A DNA stretch of 64,000 bases from a virus (IMGVR_UViG_3300010885_081999:39726-103725); one strand, 5' to 3'; counted from the first letter of the stretch, positions 18,028 through 28,756 are shown. Translations and numbers: made by a program. Notes: generated by a model from the letters alone, not told the origin.

Positions 18028-18321
18028 CTATGTGCTCCTGATGAATTGTAGCATCTTGTCCTCGAGAACTTTCTTGATGTCTTCTTCAATCTCTTCGAGG
18101 ACTTCGTTCGCTGCAGCGAGCATCTCTCTCTGACGTACCGAATCCGATGCTGTTATCTGTATGTGACGTTTGAGGTGACGCTTGAGTCCCTCGGCTGCGT
18201 CGGATGCCACCTGCGACAGAGCGAAGTCAGGTATGCCACGAGCATAGTCTTCCGCAAGGACAGTTCGAATTTCTTCGACGACCAAACGCCTCAGTCCTGC
18301 CCTCGCGTCTTTCAAGGTCAC
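18028..18321 (-). CDS. Hypothetical protein with leader variant LRRLVVEEIRTVLAE
   Basis: GTGA overlap with the upstream gene. Confidence 0.65.
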   Translation of the reverse strand: MTLKDARAGLRRLVVEEIRTVLAEDYARGIPDFALSQVASDAAEGLKRHLKRHIQITASDSVRQREMLAAANEVLEEIEEDIKKVLEDKMLQFIRST

Positions 18322-18767
18322 ACCTCTTCAGTGTAGGCGAGCTTGGAGTTGTGGACGAGCAAAGCTATCTGATCGACGTATCTCTCAGCAGCTGCCGTGA
18401 TGTCAGAGACGAGTTCCTGTTGGACTTCCATGACTCCGTCCTGGTCGAAATCCTCCAGGTCGTTGCTGAGGGTCGTCGGAGACATCTTCTCGACTCCGTA
18501 CTTCTTCAGGGTGTCGGCAAGGACCTTGTACATGGCCTTGTCGAGGTCCTTCAAGAAGGCCTGCGCCATCTCGACAGACTTCTCGCTGACGATCCCCGAG
18601 ACTTCCATCTCAAAGTTGTCAGGATTCTCTGCTTCGAACATGAGCGTCTCGACGAGACGTGACTGAGACTGCATGCGATTTCTGGCATGATAGGCAGCAG
18701 AGATTTCTTCACGACCCTCGTTGAGGATGTCGGAGATGCTCAAAGCCTGACGTCTTCCTAGTTTCAT
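18318..18767 (-). CDS. Hypothetical acidic helical protein
   Basis: AAGGAG RBS; ATACTTA upstream. Confidence 0.7.
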   Translation of the reverse strand: MKLGRRQALSISDILNEGREEISAAYHARNRMQSQSRLVETLMFEAENPDNFEMEVSGIVSEKSVEMAQAFLKDLDKAMYKVLADTLKKYGVEKMSPTTLSNDLEDFDQDGVMEVQQELVSDITAAAERYVDQIALLVHNSKLAYTEEV

Positions 18768-18832
18768 TTCTGTGACTCCTTCGTCTAAGTATCGTCTCCA
18801 TCGTGATTTGGTGATCTAAGATTCCACTTGGA

Positions 18833-21430
18833 TCAGCCGCATTTGCTCGCGCCGCAGTTGACGCAGGTCACGCAGCCCTCCTTGTAGACGAGGCCATCGA
18901 CTCCACAATTGCTGCAGTTCTTGTCGGAAGCCGACTTTGTTCCGTCCGGGATGTATCCCTTCAGGACTCGGGCGAGGACCCGCGAGAAGCTCTGCATGTC
19001 ACTGTGTTTGTCCTTCTGCAGCTGCTCCACGACGTAACTGACGGGAACACCATGACGAAGCGCCAGTGAAAGCGTGCGAGTGAAAGCACCGTGATTCGGA
19101 TTCGCGAAGAGCTCCACGACGTCCTTGAAGAGGAGGTGGTCGTCGTCGCCCAGAGGAATGGAGAGATTGTACGTCGCGACGCCGTCCTTCTTTCCGTTCT
19201 TGACGAGGACTCCGCTCTTCACCTTCTTGGGCACTTCGACGTGTGAAGAGAGACCACAGAACACCTCGTAAGGAGCTCCATCGAGCTTACCCACGAGCAC
19301 GAGATAGCTCTCAGGTCCCCCAGAACCCTTCACGTTAATGCGGTGAATATCACACGGTAATTCCTTCGGACGTTTTGGTGCATGATTCTCTGTGACCTTC
19401 GACGGCTGCTCGTCGGTCGGGGCGGCCTCAGCCTTCTTTGGCTCGTCGGCAACGAGTACTCCAGTCCTGCAACCGTCGCGATAGATCGTGACGCCCTTGC
19501 AACCCGTCTCCCAACCGCGCATGTAGATCTCCTTGACAACGTCGACCGACGTGGAGTTGGGAATGTTCGTAGTGTTGGAGATCGAGTGGCAGATCCATTT
19601 CTGCGCTGCCGCCTGGAGGTCGACCTTCTTGACCCAGTCGATGTCGTTGGCGGTACCACCGAAGTACGGTGACTCCTTGACGTCCGTCTCGGTCTTGTGG
19701 TTGGCATCCATCCACTTCTTGAAAGCGTGGTGATAGACGGTGTACTCCTGCCACTTGTCGCCCATGGGATCCACGAAGTCGACACGAGCTGTAGGGTCTG
19801 CAGACGTCACCTTCTTCCGACGCTTGTAGAAGAGCATGAAGGCAGGCTCGATTCCCGAGGTCGTCTGCGTGAGGCACGAGACGGAACCGGCCGGAGCCGT
19901 TGTGGTCAGAGCGATGTTTCTGCGACCGAACTTGTCGTAGTTCGCTGCAAGCTCTGGGTCGGCCTCGAGCACCTGGAGGATGAACGGGTGCTTCGACTCG
20001 AAGTTGTGCGAGTACACCGGGAACGCTCCGCGTTCCTCTGCCATCTTGACGGAAGAACGGTAGGCGTTGAGGCACAGTCCCTTATAGAGAGTCTCTGTCA
20101 TCGTGATAGAGATGTCGCTACCGTACACGAAGTTCATGGCAGCGAGTGCGTCTCCGAGGCCCGTCACGCCAAGTCCGGTCCTACGACCACCGAGAGCCGC
20201 CGACTTGATCTTGTTCCACAACTCGAGCTCGGACCTCTTCACATCCATCGGCTCTGGATCCGCCTCGATCTTTGCGATGATCCTGTCTACCGCCTCGATC
20301 TCCAGGTCGATGAGGTCGTCCATGAGCCGCTGGGCCTTCTGAACTGTTGCGTGGAAGCGAGGCATGTCGTAAGCTGCCTCGGATGTGAACGACTTCTTGA
20401 CAAACTTGTAGAGGTTGACGAGAAGAAGACGACAAGAATCGTACGGAGAAAGGACGATCTCCCCACAAGGATTGGTCGACACCGACTTGTAACCGTCGTA
20501 GCACTCGGTGGGTGTGCGCTTCTTGACCGTGTCCCAGAAGAGGAGTCCAGGCTCAGCCGAAGCCCATGCTGCCTCGATGATCTCGTGCCATAGTTCCTTG
20601 GCGTCTACCCAGCTCTCCACGGTGTGGACCGCATCCGCTTGAACAGGGAAGCGTAGATGGACCTTGCCACCGTCCTTCACCGCCTGCATGAACTCGTCAG
20701 TGAGACGGATGGAGATGTTTGCGCCAGTCACCTTCTTGAGGTCGCGCTTGATGTTGATGAAGGTGCGAATCTCGGGGTGGTGGACATCGATCGTGAGCAT
20801 CAGGGCTCCTCGACGACCACCCTGCGCAACCTCACGGCAGGTGTTGGAGAACCTCTCCATGAAGACGCTGATGCCGTCGGTGGTACGTGCAGCGTTGGCA
20901 GTGACCAAGCCCTTGGGTCGAATCGTAGAGATGTCGAAGCCGACGCCGCCTCTACGCTTCATGATCTGCGCCTGCTCCTGGTCGGCCTTGAGGATGCCGG
21001 CATAGGAGTCGTAAGGTGACTCCACGACGAAGCAGTTGGAGAGTGACTGGTACTGATAGGGATTCCCGACCGCAGACATGGGAGAACCCTGCGGGACGAC
21101 AGGTCCCAGACCGCGAGACTCCGCAGCCAGCTCATCCAAGGTCATGACTTCACGTCGAGAAGCATCGATGTGCTCAACGTCGGCGAGGAGACAGAAGATC
21201 TCCTTCTCCGACATCGGGTTGGGATACTTTGCCTCGATTCGTGCGAACTCTCGTGCGAGTCGTCGGTGCATGTCCGACGGCGTCTTCTCGAGAATGTTGC
21301 CTGAGTTGTCCCTCAGCGCGTACTTGGACACGAAGACAGAGGCGGCGAGTTCGTCACCGCCAAAGTATTCCAACGTCGCGCTGTAAGCCTCGTCCTGTGT
21401 GTACTTGGTCATGATTTGCGATTGCTCCAT
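18833..21430 (-). CDS. nrdJ: Class II (B12-dependent) ribonucleotide reductase
   Basis: SNCFV, GGVG, RRGA, TNPCGEI, TAPAG, C-terminal Cys Zn ribbon; no nrdB nearby. Confidence 0.88.
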   Translation of the reverse strand: MEQSQIMTKYTQDEAYSATLEYFGGDELAASVFVSKYALRDNSGNILEKTPSDMHRRLAREFARIEAKYPNPMSEKEIFCLLADVEHIDASRREVMTLDELAAESRGLGPVVPQGSPMSAVGNPYQYQSLSNCFVVESPYDSYAGILKADQEQAQIMKRRGGVGFDISTIRPKGLVTANAARTTDGISVFMERFSNTCREVAQGGRRGALMLTIDVHHPEIRTFINIKRDLKKVTGANISIRLTDEFMQAVKDGGKVHLRFPVQADAVHTVESWVDAKELWHEIIEAAWASAEPGLLFWDTVKKRTPTECYDGYKSVSTNPCGEIVLSPYDSCRLLLVNLYKFVKKSFTSEAAYDMPRFHATVQKAQRLMDDLIDLEIEAVDRIIAKIEADPEPMDVKRSELELWNKIKSAALGGRRTGLGVTGLGDALAAMNFVYGSDISITMTETLYKGLCLNAYRSSVKMAEERGAFPVYSHNFESKHPFILQVLEADPELAANYDKFGRRNIALTTTAPAGSVSCLTQTTSGIEPAFMLFYKRRKKVTSADPTARVDFVDPMGDKWQEYTVYHHAFKKWMDANHKTETDVKESPYFGGTANDIDWVKKVDLQAAAQKWICHSISNTTNIPNSTSVDVVKEIYMRGWETGCKGVTIYRDGCRTGVLVADEPKKAEAAPTDEQPSKVTENHAPKRPKELPCDIHRINVKGSGGPESYLVLVGKLDGAPYEVFCGLSSHVEVPKKVKSGVLVKNGKKDGVATYNLSIPLGDDDHLLFKDVVELFANPNHGAFTRTLSLALRHGVPVSYVVEQLQKDKHSDMQSFSRVLARVLKGYIPDGTKSASDKNCSNCGVDGLVYKEGCVTCVNCGASKCG

Positions 21431-21450
21431 GATGTGGATCCTTAACTATA

Positions 21451-22887
21451 CTACAATGCTCGTGCTTCTTCAGCGACGTTCGGGCTGGTTTTCTGAGGAG
21501 GGAATTCGTTCTTCATTTCCTTCCACTTCGCGCGAAGAGCTTGACGTTGGGCCTCTTCTTCGGACACCACCGCCGTGTCAGGAGCGTCTGACTCTCCTGT
21601 GATCTCAAACTTACTACGTGCCGTGTTCATCTTCAGAGGAAAGACAAGGCCGTCTCGGCCTGCACGATTCTTAGCCACATAGAGGCGACCCCAGCCGCTT
21701 GCTTTCTCGTGTGGTCGCCTCGAGACCGAGACGATGAGGTCGCAAATCATCGCCTTGCCGTAGGCCTCTGACATGTTCGTCATGTCGATCACCTCGGCAT
21801 TCGCACCCTCTTTGTTCGACTGTGATGCAGTCCAGATGGGTACGCCAAGCTCCATCGCGAGGCCTCGTAGCTCCTCGTAGACGAGCTTGAGCTCGTGTCG
21901 TAGAGAGTCGAACTGTCGAGTCGACCTCATGATGTCAGCGTAGTCGATGATGATGATGTCTGGCTTGAATCCCTTTAGGTCGAGACGTTCGATGTGCGAC
22001 TTGATCGTGTAGATGGATGCTGTATTTGTGGGATATTCTTTGATGAACAACCGACCAAGTCGATTGTCCTCGTAGAACTTCTTGACCTCCTCCTTACGGT
22101 CCATCACCTCGTTCGAGTCGATGTCACAGAGATTGGAGTCGTACCTGATACCGACTGCCGTCTCGGACAGCTCGAAGGTGTAGTGGAGGACGTTCTTGCC
22201 TTCACGAAGGGCGTTGGCTCCAATCATGGTGAGCCAGTGAGACTTGCCGCTGCCGGAGGCACCGACGACGCAGAGGAGTTCACCCTTGCCGCTGCCGCCG
22301 TTGAGGATCTCTTTCTTGTCGAGCTCCGGGATTCGAGTCGGAATGGTGTCACGCTTCAACTTCGTGAAACGTGCGTCCATCTCGTTGAAGAAGTCGTGTC
22401 CCACAGAGGGAGCAGTACCGACTTGGACGGCCTTCTTGATCGTCTCCACGATGGACTCATATTTGTTCGCCTGCATCTGGTCGACTGCAGACTCGAGAGC
22501 CTTCTTGAGTGCCTGCTTCCTGCAGAACTCGAGCGACTTCTCCTTGACGTACTGAAGGTCGCCAGGATCTGGGTTCGCCTTCATTCTCTGGAGGTAGTCG
22601 ATGATCTGGTCCCGCAGGATGACGTCCGTTCCCGTCTTCAGATCGTCACGAATGATCGTGACGAGAAGCTGTAGCGTCGGAAACACCTTGTATTTCTTCG
22701 AATACGCAAAGTAACGATCCGCCAAGAACTTGAGATAATTCACCTCGAAGTAGGAGATGTCGACCACCTCCGTCATCTGTTCGGCCCATTTGTGATCGGT
22801 CAGAAGAGCTTGTCCGAGTTTCTCCTGGAAGGACTTGCCGAACTGACCGAAAGTTACGCCTGAGTGCTTATTGTCGTTTTCTAGCAT
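21451..22887 (-). CDS. dnaB: DnaB-like replicative helicase
   Basis: GASGSGKS Walker A, IIDYAD, WTASQ, KNR.G.DG. Confidence 0.9.
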   Translation of the reverse strand: MLENDNKHSGVTFGQFGKSFQEKLGQALLTDHKWAEQMTEVVDISYFEVNYLKFLADRYFAYSKKYKVFPTLQLLVTIIRDDLKTGTDVILRDQIIDYLQRMKANPDPGDLQYVKEKSLEFCRKQALKKALESAVDQMQANKYESIVETIKKAVQVGTAPSVGHDFFNEMDARFTKLKRDTIPTRIPELDKKEILNGGSGKGELLCVVGASGSGKSHWLTMIGANALREGKNVLHYTFELSETAVGIRYDSNLCDIDSNEVMDRKEEVKKFYEDNRLGRLFIKEYPTNTASIYTIKSHIERLDLKGFKPDIIIIDYADIMRSTRQFDSLRHELKLVYEELRGLAMELGVPIWTASQSNKEGANAEVIDMTNMSEAYGKAMICDLIVSVSRRPHEKASGWGRLYVAKNRAGRDGLVFPLKMNTARSKFEITGESDAPDTAVVSEEEAQRQALRAKWKEMKNEFPPQKTSPNVAEEARAL

Positions 22888-23858
22888 TGACTCTCCGAAG
22901 TATATCTCAGCTTCTCAATGCACTTGAGGTCATAGAAGAACCCCTCAGCATCAAAGTCGTTGATTCCTTCCTTTACAAGGATCTTTAGTAGGCCCATCTT
23001 ATTGATCACGGGAGCAAATGTATCGACCACATAATCCACCTTCTTCATCTGGTCAGGCGACATCATGTTTCCGTCGAGGTGGACGAGTTGCCAGTTCCTC
23101 TTCACGTCACCTGAGGACTCGTCGACCCTCTTGTATGCCACGCTGTCGTCCCTGTGACTCGTCGCATAGTCGAGGAGGTCTTGAAGCACGATCGTGTCGT
23201 CGCTTCCCAGCATGGGAAACTTCTTCGCGATGCTCTTGAAGCCCAAGCCTTTGACACCGGGAATGTTGTCGGAGTCGTCGCCGCAGAGGCACTTGGCGAG
23301 GGCAAAGTTGTGCGACTTGATGCGAAATTCTCCGAAGAGGTCATCGTTAGTGATGAACTTCTTCCTGTAGAGCGAGTAGATCTTCGTCCTTTCGTCCAGC
23401 AGCTGATACATGTCTTTGTCGGCAGAGACGATGACCTTGTCTACTTCCCGAAAAGTCGACCTGCAGAGATATGCGACGACGTCGTCACCCTCGCAGTCAG
23501 ACACGTAGATCTGGCACACGGGAACGTTCTTGAGAACGTTGAGGAGAGTGATGAGCTGGTGTTGCTTGTTCTCCTCAGAGTCTGGGATGTCGTCCTCGTA
23601 GAATCGATTGAGTCTTCCGGGCTTTCGATTCATCTTGTATTCTGAGTAGATCTTTCTTCGTCTCTGGGATCCTCCGCCTTCCCAAGTGACGTAGACCTGC
23701 GACGGCTGATATTCCCTACAGAGGCGTTGAAGCGTCTTGAGAAAACCGATGCATCCTCCCATCTGATAGCCATGGGAGGACATCTGTGGAAACGCACTGT
23801 ATGCCCTGAGGTATGCGTTCATTCCGTCAATGATGAAGATGGGTCGCTCACTCGACAT
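22881..23858 (-). CDS. 5'-3' exonuclease / flap endonuclease (T4 RNase H or PolI N-terminal-like)
   Basis: IIDGMN, YK.NR, EGDD, SADKD..QL, GD.SDNIPGVKG.G. Confidence 0.9.
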   Translation of the reverse strand: MSSERPIFIIDGMNAYLRAYSAFPQMSSHGYQMGGCIGFLKTLQRLCREYQPSQVYVTWEGGGSQRRRKIYSEYKMNRKPGRLNRFYEDDIPDSEENKQHQLITLLNVLKNVPVCQIYVSDCEGDDVVAYLCRSTFREVDKVIVSADKDMYQLLDERTKIYSLYRKKFITNDDLFGEFRIKSHNFALAKCLCGDDSDNIPGVKGLGFKSIAKKFPMLGSDDTIVLQDLLDYATSHRDDSVAYKRVDESSGDVKRNWQLVHLDGNMMSPDQMKKVDYVVDTFAPVINKMGLLKILVKEGINDFDAEGFFYDLKCIEKLRYTSESQC

Positions 23859-23903
23859 GGGTAGAACTTACCACACGTCGAGTGAGCAGTACAAAGGATC
23901 GTC

Positions 23904-24908
23904 TCAAAGGATTTGCGATGCGATGAGACAGCCTCTTGCCACCGCGTGGAGAGGATCGGCGGCGTGGCGGACTTCCTTTACGGGAAGTGGGAATCCGTTT
24001 GCGATCAGCTTCTTCTCGAAGTGTGCCACGAATCCTTTCGCCTTCGACGTTCCTCCTGCCACGATCACGGGCAGGGGATCCTTGAAATTGGGGAGCGACT
24101 TGTGACCTTCCATCGAGGCAGCAAGCTGCTTCGTGGTGTAGTCGATGAGACGGTCGTAGTAGGACGACACGGCTGCGAGCACCTGGTTTTCGTTTGGTTC
24201 TGCGACAGTAAAGTCGCCCTGTTCTTTCTCGGCCTGAACGACGGAGTCAGACTCTCCCGTCGCGACGGCGGACATCCTGTCGATCCAGTCGCCACTCTTC
24301 GTGGTGGAGAACGTGACAGTGGGCTCGCCGTTCAGCATCACGCAGACGTTCACCATGCCTGCACCCCAAGAGAGAGCGACGCCCGTGTAGTCGTCGTCCG
24401 ACAACTCAGAATAGCAGAGAGCTTCTGCCTCGTTGATGGCACGAGAGTCGTAGCCGCACTCCTGAAGCACCTTCTTCACGACGTCCTCGTGGTAGCCTAC
24501 GTCGAAGTCGTCGTCCTCTTGGTCGACTGGCTGTGCAGGGATGCAGAAGACGAGCTTCTCTCCCTGCGTCGTCGCCTTGCCTGCGACTTCCTTGAGGATG
24601 TAGGAGAGGACACGGCGAGCATCCTTTTCCTTCGCAGAGACGACGCCTCTGTACATGGGACGCTTCGCAGAGTCATTTCTCTCAACTGCTTTCTCGATCG
24701 CGTCTTGCCCCAAGATGATGAAGGACCCGTCTGTGTCCTTGACGAAGACTTTGCCCGTGAGGCCCTTCTCGATCATCTTCGTCGCGATGGGTGTCGTCGG
24801 CTTGATGACGTAGAAAGCGTCACGAAAATCCTTGTACTCTACGGTTCCTTCGGTACCCTCCGAGGAGAGGACGATGAACGATGTGCCTACGTCTAGTCCC
24901 TTTGCCAT
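23904..24908 (-). CDS. Actin-like ATPase (MreB/ParM/FtsA fold)
   Basis: GLDVGT (phosphate 1), INEAEA (connect 1), WGAG (phosphate 2), AGGTS (adenosine), ARG (connect 2). Confidence 0.8.
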   Translation of the reverse strand: MAKGLDVGTSFIVLSSEGTEGTVEYKDFRDAFYVIKPTTPIATKMIEKGLTGKVFVKDTDGSFIILGQDAIEKAVERNDSAKRPMYRGVVSAKEKDARRVLSYILKEVAGKATTQGEKLVFCIPAQPVDQEDDDFDVGYHEDVVKKVLQECGYDSRAINEAEALCYSELSDDDYTGVALSWGAGMVNVCVMLNGEPTVTFSTTKSGDWIDRMSAVATGESDSVVQAEKEQGDFTVAEPNENQVLAAVSSYYDRLIDYTTKQLAASMEGHKSLPNFKDPLPVIVAGGTSKAKGFVAHFEKKLIANGFPLPVKEVRHAADPLHAVARGCLIASQIL

Positions 24909-24913
24909 GTCGT

Positions 24914-25216
24914 TTATCCTTTCATCTTCTTCAGTTGTGCGAGCTTGCTCGTCGCAGAAGCGATATCGTCAGACGTCTGTGAGACCTTTCCCAGAGGCTC
25001 CTTGCTGAGAGTCTGCATCCCGCTGGTGGACACGTCTGTCACAAACTTGGCGTCGTCGATGTCGATCTTCTTGCGTTGCTTCTGCTCCTTGGCGACGGTT
25101 GCCACGAAGGAAGTGGACTCGGTCCCCCGCAGGATCCGGAAGATGCTGTCCACCCGACCTGTGAGGTAACCGAGACCGAATCCCAAACCTAAGCCACCGA
25201 GTAAGTATTCGATCAT
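24914..25216 (-). CDS. Small protein with N-terminal Gly-rich membrane anchor
   Basis: MIEYLLGGLGLGFGLGYLTG; basic C-terminal helix. Confidence 0.7.
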   Translation of the reverse strand: MIEYLLGGLGLGFGLGYLTGRVDSIFRILRGTESTSFVATVAKEQKQRKKIDIDDAKFVTDVSTSGMQTLSKEPLGKVSQTSDDIASATSKLAQLKKMKG

Positions 25217-25217
25217 G

Positions 25218-25652
25218 TCACTTTCCTGTCGAACCAAAGCCGCCGCTGCCTCGCTCCGTCTCCGAGAGGCTGTCCACATTGCGCAGGTTGACCTGTAGCG
25301 TTGGCGAGAAAACGAGTTGGGCAATCCTATCGCCCTTTTTGACGGAATAAACCTCGTGACCGTGGTTGATGAGGAGGACCTTGACTTCACCTCGATAGTC
25401 GGCGTCGATGGTGCCTGGGGTGTTGAGGACTGTCACCCCGTGCTTCAGCGCGAGGCCCGACCGAGGCCTCACCTGACCCTCGAAACCCTCAGGAATCTCG
25501 AGGTACAGGCCTGTCGGCACCAGAGCCCTTTGTGCAGGAAGGATGTCGACGTCGACGGTCGACCTCACGTCGACCCCAGATGCACCCTTAGTGGCATACT
25601 CGGGGACGTACTGCCCCTTGAAGGGAACGTTGGGTCTAATCAGCTTACTCAT
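25218..25652 (-). CDS. dut: Trimeric dUTPase
   Basis: [35 protein letters not shown]. Confidence 0.95.
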   Translation of the reverse strand: MSKLIRPNVPFKGQYVPEYATKGASGVDVRSTVDVDILPAQRALVPTGLYLEIPEGFEGQVRPRSGLALKHGVTVLNTPGTIDADYRGEVKVLLINHGHEVYSVKKGDRIAQLVFSPTLQVNLRNVDSLSETERGSGGFGSTGK

Positions 25653-26835
25653 CTGATGTGATCTCCTCCTCGATTAGTTGCTCGATCGTCCCAGGATTGA
25701 TGGTGAGTGCAGCATCGATTGCCGTCATGATGTACTTCCTGTACTTCTCGTCCCTCATCAAGGCACCGAACTCGCTCTTGTAGAACTTCTTCTCGGCGAG
25801 GACCTCACCCGTCTTCTCGTCGTTAACGGTGAGCTCTTTCCAGGCACCGTCACCGCTGATGTTGATGCGGAGGTTGTCGCGCAGGACGCCCTTGTTCTCC
25901 TTGCAGTAAGTCCTCACCTCGTCGAAGATGTAGTCGTCCTCGACGATGCCCTTGCCGAAGATGATGTCGAACTCGCACTTCTTGAAGGGCGGTGCCACCT
26001 TGTTCTTCTTCACGGTGCAGATGACGTGGATTCCGATGATGTTTCCCGCCTTGTCCTTGACAGGATTGCCGCTCGTGAGAGAGACCCTCACAGAGGCGTG
26101 GAAGGGGATCGCCTTTCCACCAGGCGTCGTGGTCGGGTCTCCATACATCACACCAATCTTGTCTCGAATCTGGTTGAGGCACAGGAGCGTGACGTTGTTC
26201 TGACCGATGACACCAGTGATCTTGCGCATGCCCTTGGAGATGACTCGGGCCTGCAGACCGATCGTGTTGTCCTCGTACTCACCGTCGAGCTCCATCTTGG
26301 GAGACGTGGCGGCGACTGAGTCCCAGATCACGACGATGGGGACGTTCTTCTCCACGATGGCCTTCGCCTTCGTGATGGTGGACTCGATGATGGAGAACAC
26401 CTCCTCTGTCATGTGGGAGTCGCAGTACACGAAACGCTTCCTGATGTCGATCCCCATGTCAGAAAGCTTCTGAACGGGCACGGAATTCTCCGTATCTACG
26501 TAAACAACAAGACCTCCCAATTTCTGGGCGACTGATGCTGCGTGGTAAGCCAAGTGCGACTTACCGCTCGAGGGAGGACCGCTAATTTCGATGATTCTAC
26601 CCTCAGGGTAACCGCCCTCAGAGGCGTTTCTGATGGCATAGTTAAGCTGAAGTGAGCCGGTGTCTATCCAGCGCTTCACAACGGTAGGCGCATCCATCTC
26701 TGAAAGATTGTATGCGATTCGCGTTCCAAACTCTTTGTTGATGTCTCTAATCAACTCAGCTGTCAAGTCAATTACGCTGTCTTTTGACTTAAGCGTTGAA
26801 GAATCATCATTTTGAGCTCGTTCTTTTTTTGCCAT
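25645..26835 (-). CDS. recA: RecA/UvsX recombinase
   Basis: [46 protein letters not shown]. Confidence 0.93.
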   Translation of the reverse strand: MAKKERAQNDDSSTLKSKDSVIDLTAELIRDINKEFGTRIAYNLSEMDAPTVVKRWIDTGSLQLNYAIRNASEGGYPEGRIIEISGPPSSGKSHLAYHAASVAQKLGGLVVYVDTENSVPVQKLSDMGIDIRKRFVYCDSHMTEEVFSIIESTITKAKAIVEKNVPIVVIWDSVAATSPKMELDGEYEDNTIGLQARVISKGMRKITGVIGQNNVTLLCLNQIRDKIGVMYGDPTTTPGGKAIPFHASVRVSLTSGNPVKDKAGNIIGIHVICTVKKNKVAPPFKKCEFDIIFGKGIVEDDYIFDEVRTYCKENKGVLRDNLRINISGDGAWKELTVNDEKTGEVLAEKKFYKSEFGALMRDEKYRKYIMTAIDAALTINPGTIEQLIEEEITSDE

Positions 26836-27701
26836 GTGTTTATGTCCTCGTCCGTTATTCTAACCAGGCGGATACCTGATTGTTCAGCCCACTCGTCTTG
26901 TTCGCGGTCTTTAACATAAGTCTTGAGAATCCTCGCGTCTTTTGACGACTTGCTCTCTCTTATGAGCTCGTGAGGTCGGTTTAGCCCATGCCAATAAACA
27001 CCATCTACCTGAAGATAGACGTTCAATGACGAGATGAAGAAGTCAATAGACCAACGATTGTTAACACTAACTTGTGTCTTGACGTCTTCGTCACCAAAGA
27101 TCTCTTTTAAGGTCTCACCTACGAAGTTTTCGATTTTAGAACTGTACGAACCCGTACGTGTCTGACGTCTTGTTTCTTGTGACTTCCTATAAACTTCAGA
27201 CCAGTCGAAGTTCTTCTTCACTTCTTCTATTTGCATGGGATATGCAACGCCGTAGCGTGTCATGTTGGTCTCAACTCTCTTTTCAAGAATCGAGGTTTTT
27301 TCTTCGATCGACTTTCTCTTATAAGTCTCACTTTCTTTGTCTTTGACCTGTTGAGACTTTGCTGGATTGTCTACACCGTACTTCTCGATGCACGTTCTCT
27401 TGACTTTGTCAGAGATGACTTTACATCGCAAAGGATTATCGGCACCGTATCTCTCTTCGAGAACAGATCTGATCTTTTCCTTTATCACAGGACTTTTGAA
27501 AACATTTTCTGTGCCGAATCGTTCGAGCGTAGTCTTCTTAGTTTTTTCGAAGATTTTTCCGCCTTCTTCTTTTGCTTTTCTGATGCATTCCTTACAACAA
27601 AAATGCAGGTCGCCGCATTGTGAGATGTATTTGATGAAAGTGGTATTGCATGTGTCACATGCAACTTCACACTTAGTGCGTGTAACGTTTCTGATAAACA
27701 T
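26772..27701 (-). CDS. Putative homing endonuclease: Zn finger, (K/R)YG repeats, Vsr/DUF559-like PD-(D/E)xK domain
   Basis: CDTC...CCKEC, repeated YG units, IDF...QVDGVYWHG...D...D...RI; AT-rich; overlaps the recA start. Confidence 0.7.
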   Translation of the reverse strand: MFIRNVTRTKCEVACDTCNTTFIKYISQCGDLHFCCKECIRKAKEEGGKIFEKTKKTTLERFGTENVFKSPVIKEKIRSVLEERYGADNPLRCKVISDKVKRTCIEKYGVDNPAKSQQVKDKESETYKRKSIEEKTSILEKRVETNMTRYGVAYPMQIEEVKKNFDWSEVYRKSQETRRQTRTGSYSSKIENFVGETLKEIFGDEDVKTQVSVNNRWSIDFFISSLNVYLQVDGVYWHGLNRPHELIRESKSSKDARILKTYVKDREQDEWAEQSGIRLVRITDEDINTWQKKNELKMMILQRLSQKTA

Positions 27702-27726
27702 GCATCTAAGTATGCTATGCTTGTGC

Positions 27727-27763
27727 AAAAAAGAAGGGGGACAGCATATGCTGTCCCCCTTCT
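27727..27763 (-). terminator. Intrinsic terminator after SSB (perfect 32-bp palindrome plus T-tract)
   Basis: AGAAGGGGGACAGCATATGCTGTCCCCCTTCT followed by Ts on the minus strand. Confidence 0.75.
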
Positions 27764-27771
27764 CATGTCTG

Positions 27772-28611
27772 TTACTCGTCCATCAGCTCGGCGAAGGCGT
27801 CATCAAGCGATGACTTCTTCGTCTCGGTCTTCTTTGGAGCAGGCTTCTTTTCCACCTTCTCCGAAGAAGGCTTCAGTTCGGCGGCGAGAGAGTCGAGCTC
27901 GTCGGTCGGTGCAGGACCTCGAGTCGAGCCACCCTCGTGGACCGGCTCAGGAGAGCTGCCGCCGTTGAGCCAGTTGTTGAGGACGGCCTCGATCTCTTGC
28001 GTCGTCTTGAGACGATACATGTCGTCGATGTTCGGGATCGAGTCAAGCCACTTCTGGGCGGTGGCGGAGTCCTCGTGAAGCTTCGAGGGACGACGGGCCG
28101 GATCGACCGTTGTGTCGTTGAACTGCTTGCCTGGTGCCTTCGTGATTGACACCTTGAGGTCGAAACCCTCCGTCGGAGAGAGGATGTCGCCCACCTCCTC
28201 GTCGAGGAAGAATCCCAGCATGCGCTGGTACACCTGCTTGCCGAAGGACCACACCTGTACGCCCTTGTCCTCTTCGCCACGAACGATGACGGGAGCGTAG
28301 CATCGCATCTTTGCAGAAAGCTTCTTCGCGAGGACACGGTCGTCGGGCTTGCCGCTGCTGTACAGCTTCCTCATGAGGTCGTTGATTGGGTCCGGCTTTC
28401 CGAACTGATTCGGTGCCAAGATTCCGCTGTTCTCACCGATGTAGTAGAACCACCGCTCCATGAACGGCTGACCGTCAGAAGCGTTCTTCCAAGGCAGACA
28501 GCGGACCTTGTGTTCACCGAGACCCGGCTTCCACATCTGCACAGACGAGGTCTTCTTCACACCACTGAGCTCAGCGACACGCTTCTTGATTGCTTCGAGA
28601 TCGATAGCCAT
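27772..28611 (-). CDS. Single-stranded DNA-binding protein (T4 gp32-like)
   Basis: WKP...VR.LP, V.VRGEE..GV.VW.FGK, EGFDL; acidic C-terminal tail; lies next to recA. Confidence 0.8.
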   Translation of the reverse strand: MAIDLEAIKKRVAELSGVKKTSSVQMWKPGLGEHKVRCLPWKNASDGQPFMERWFYYIGENSGILAPNQFGKPDPINDLMRKLYSSGKPDDRVLAKKLSAKMRCYAPVIVRGEEDKGVQVWSFGKQVYQRMLGFFLDEEVGDILSPTEGFDLKVSITKAPGKQFNDTTVDPARRPSKLHEDSATAQKWLDSIPNIDDMYRLKTTQEIEAVLNNWLNGGSSPEPVHEGGSTRGPAPTDELDSLAAELKPSSEKVEKKPAPKKTETKKSSLDDAFAELMDE

Positions 28612-28756
28612 ATTCCTATTCCTATTCCTTCTTGTTCTCCGAAAGTCGACGATTCATCGCACCGTGCGATTTGTCGATCGACGTCCTTTGAGTCTTCAAC
28701 TTATCAGGTCGAGACGTAACTGTTCACATCGTGACGCAACAAAGAAACACAGACGA

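Noticed and set aside
18833-26835. Inteins or introns in nrdJ, dnaB or recA
   Set aside because: Lengths are normal, motifs are contiguous, and no intein splice-junction motifs were seen.
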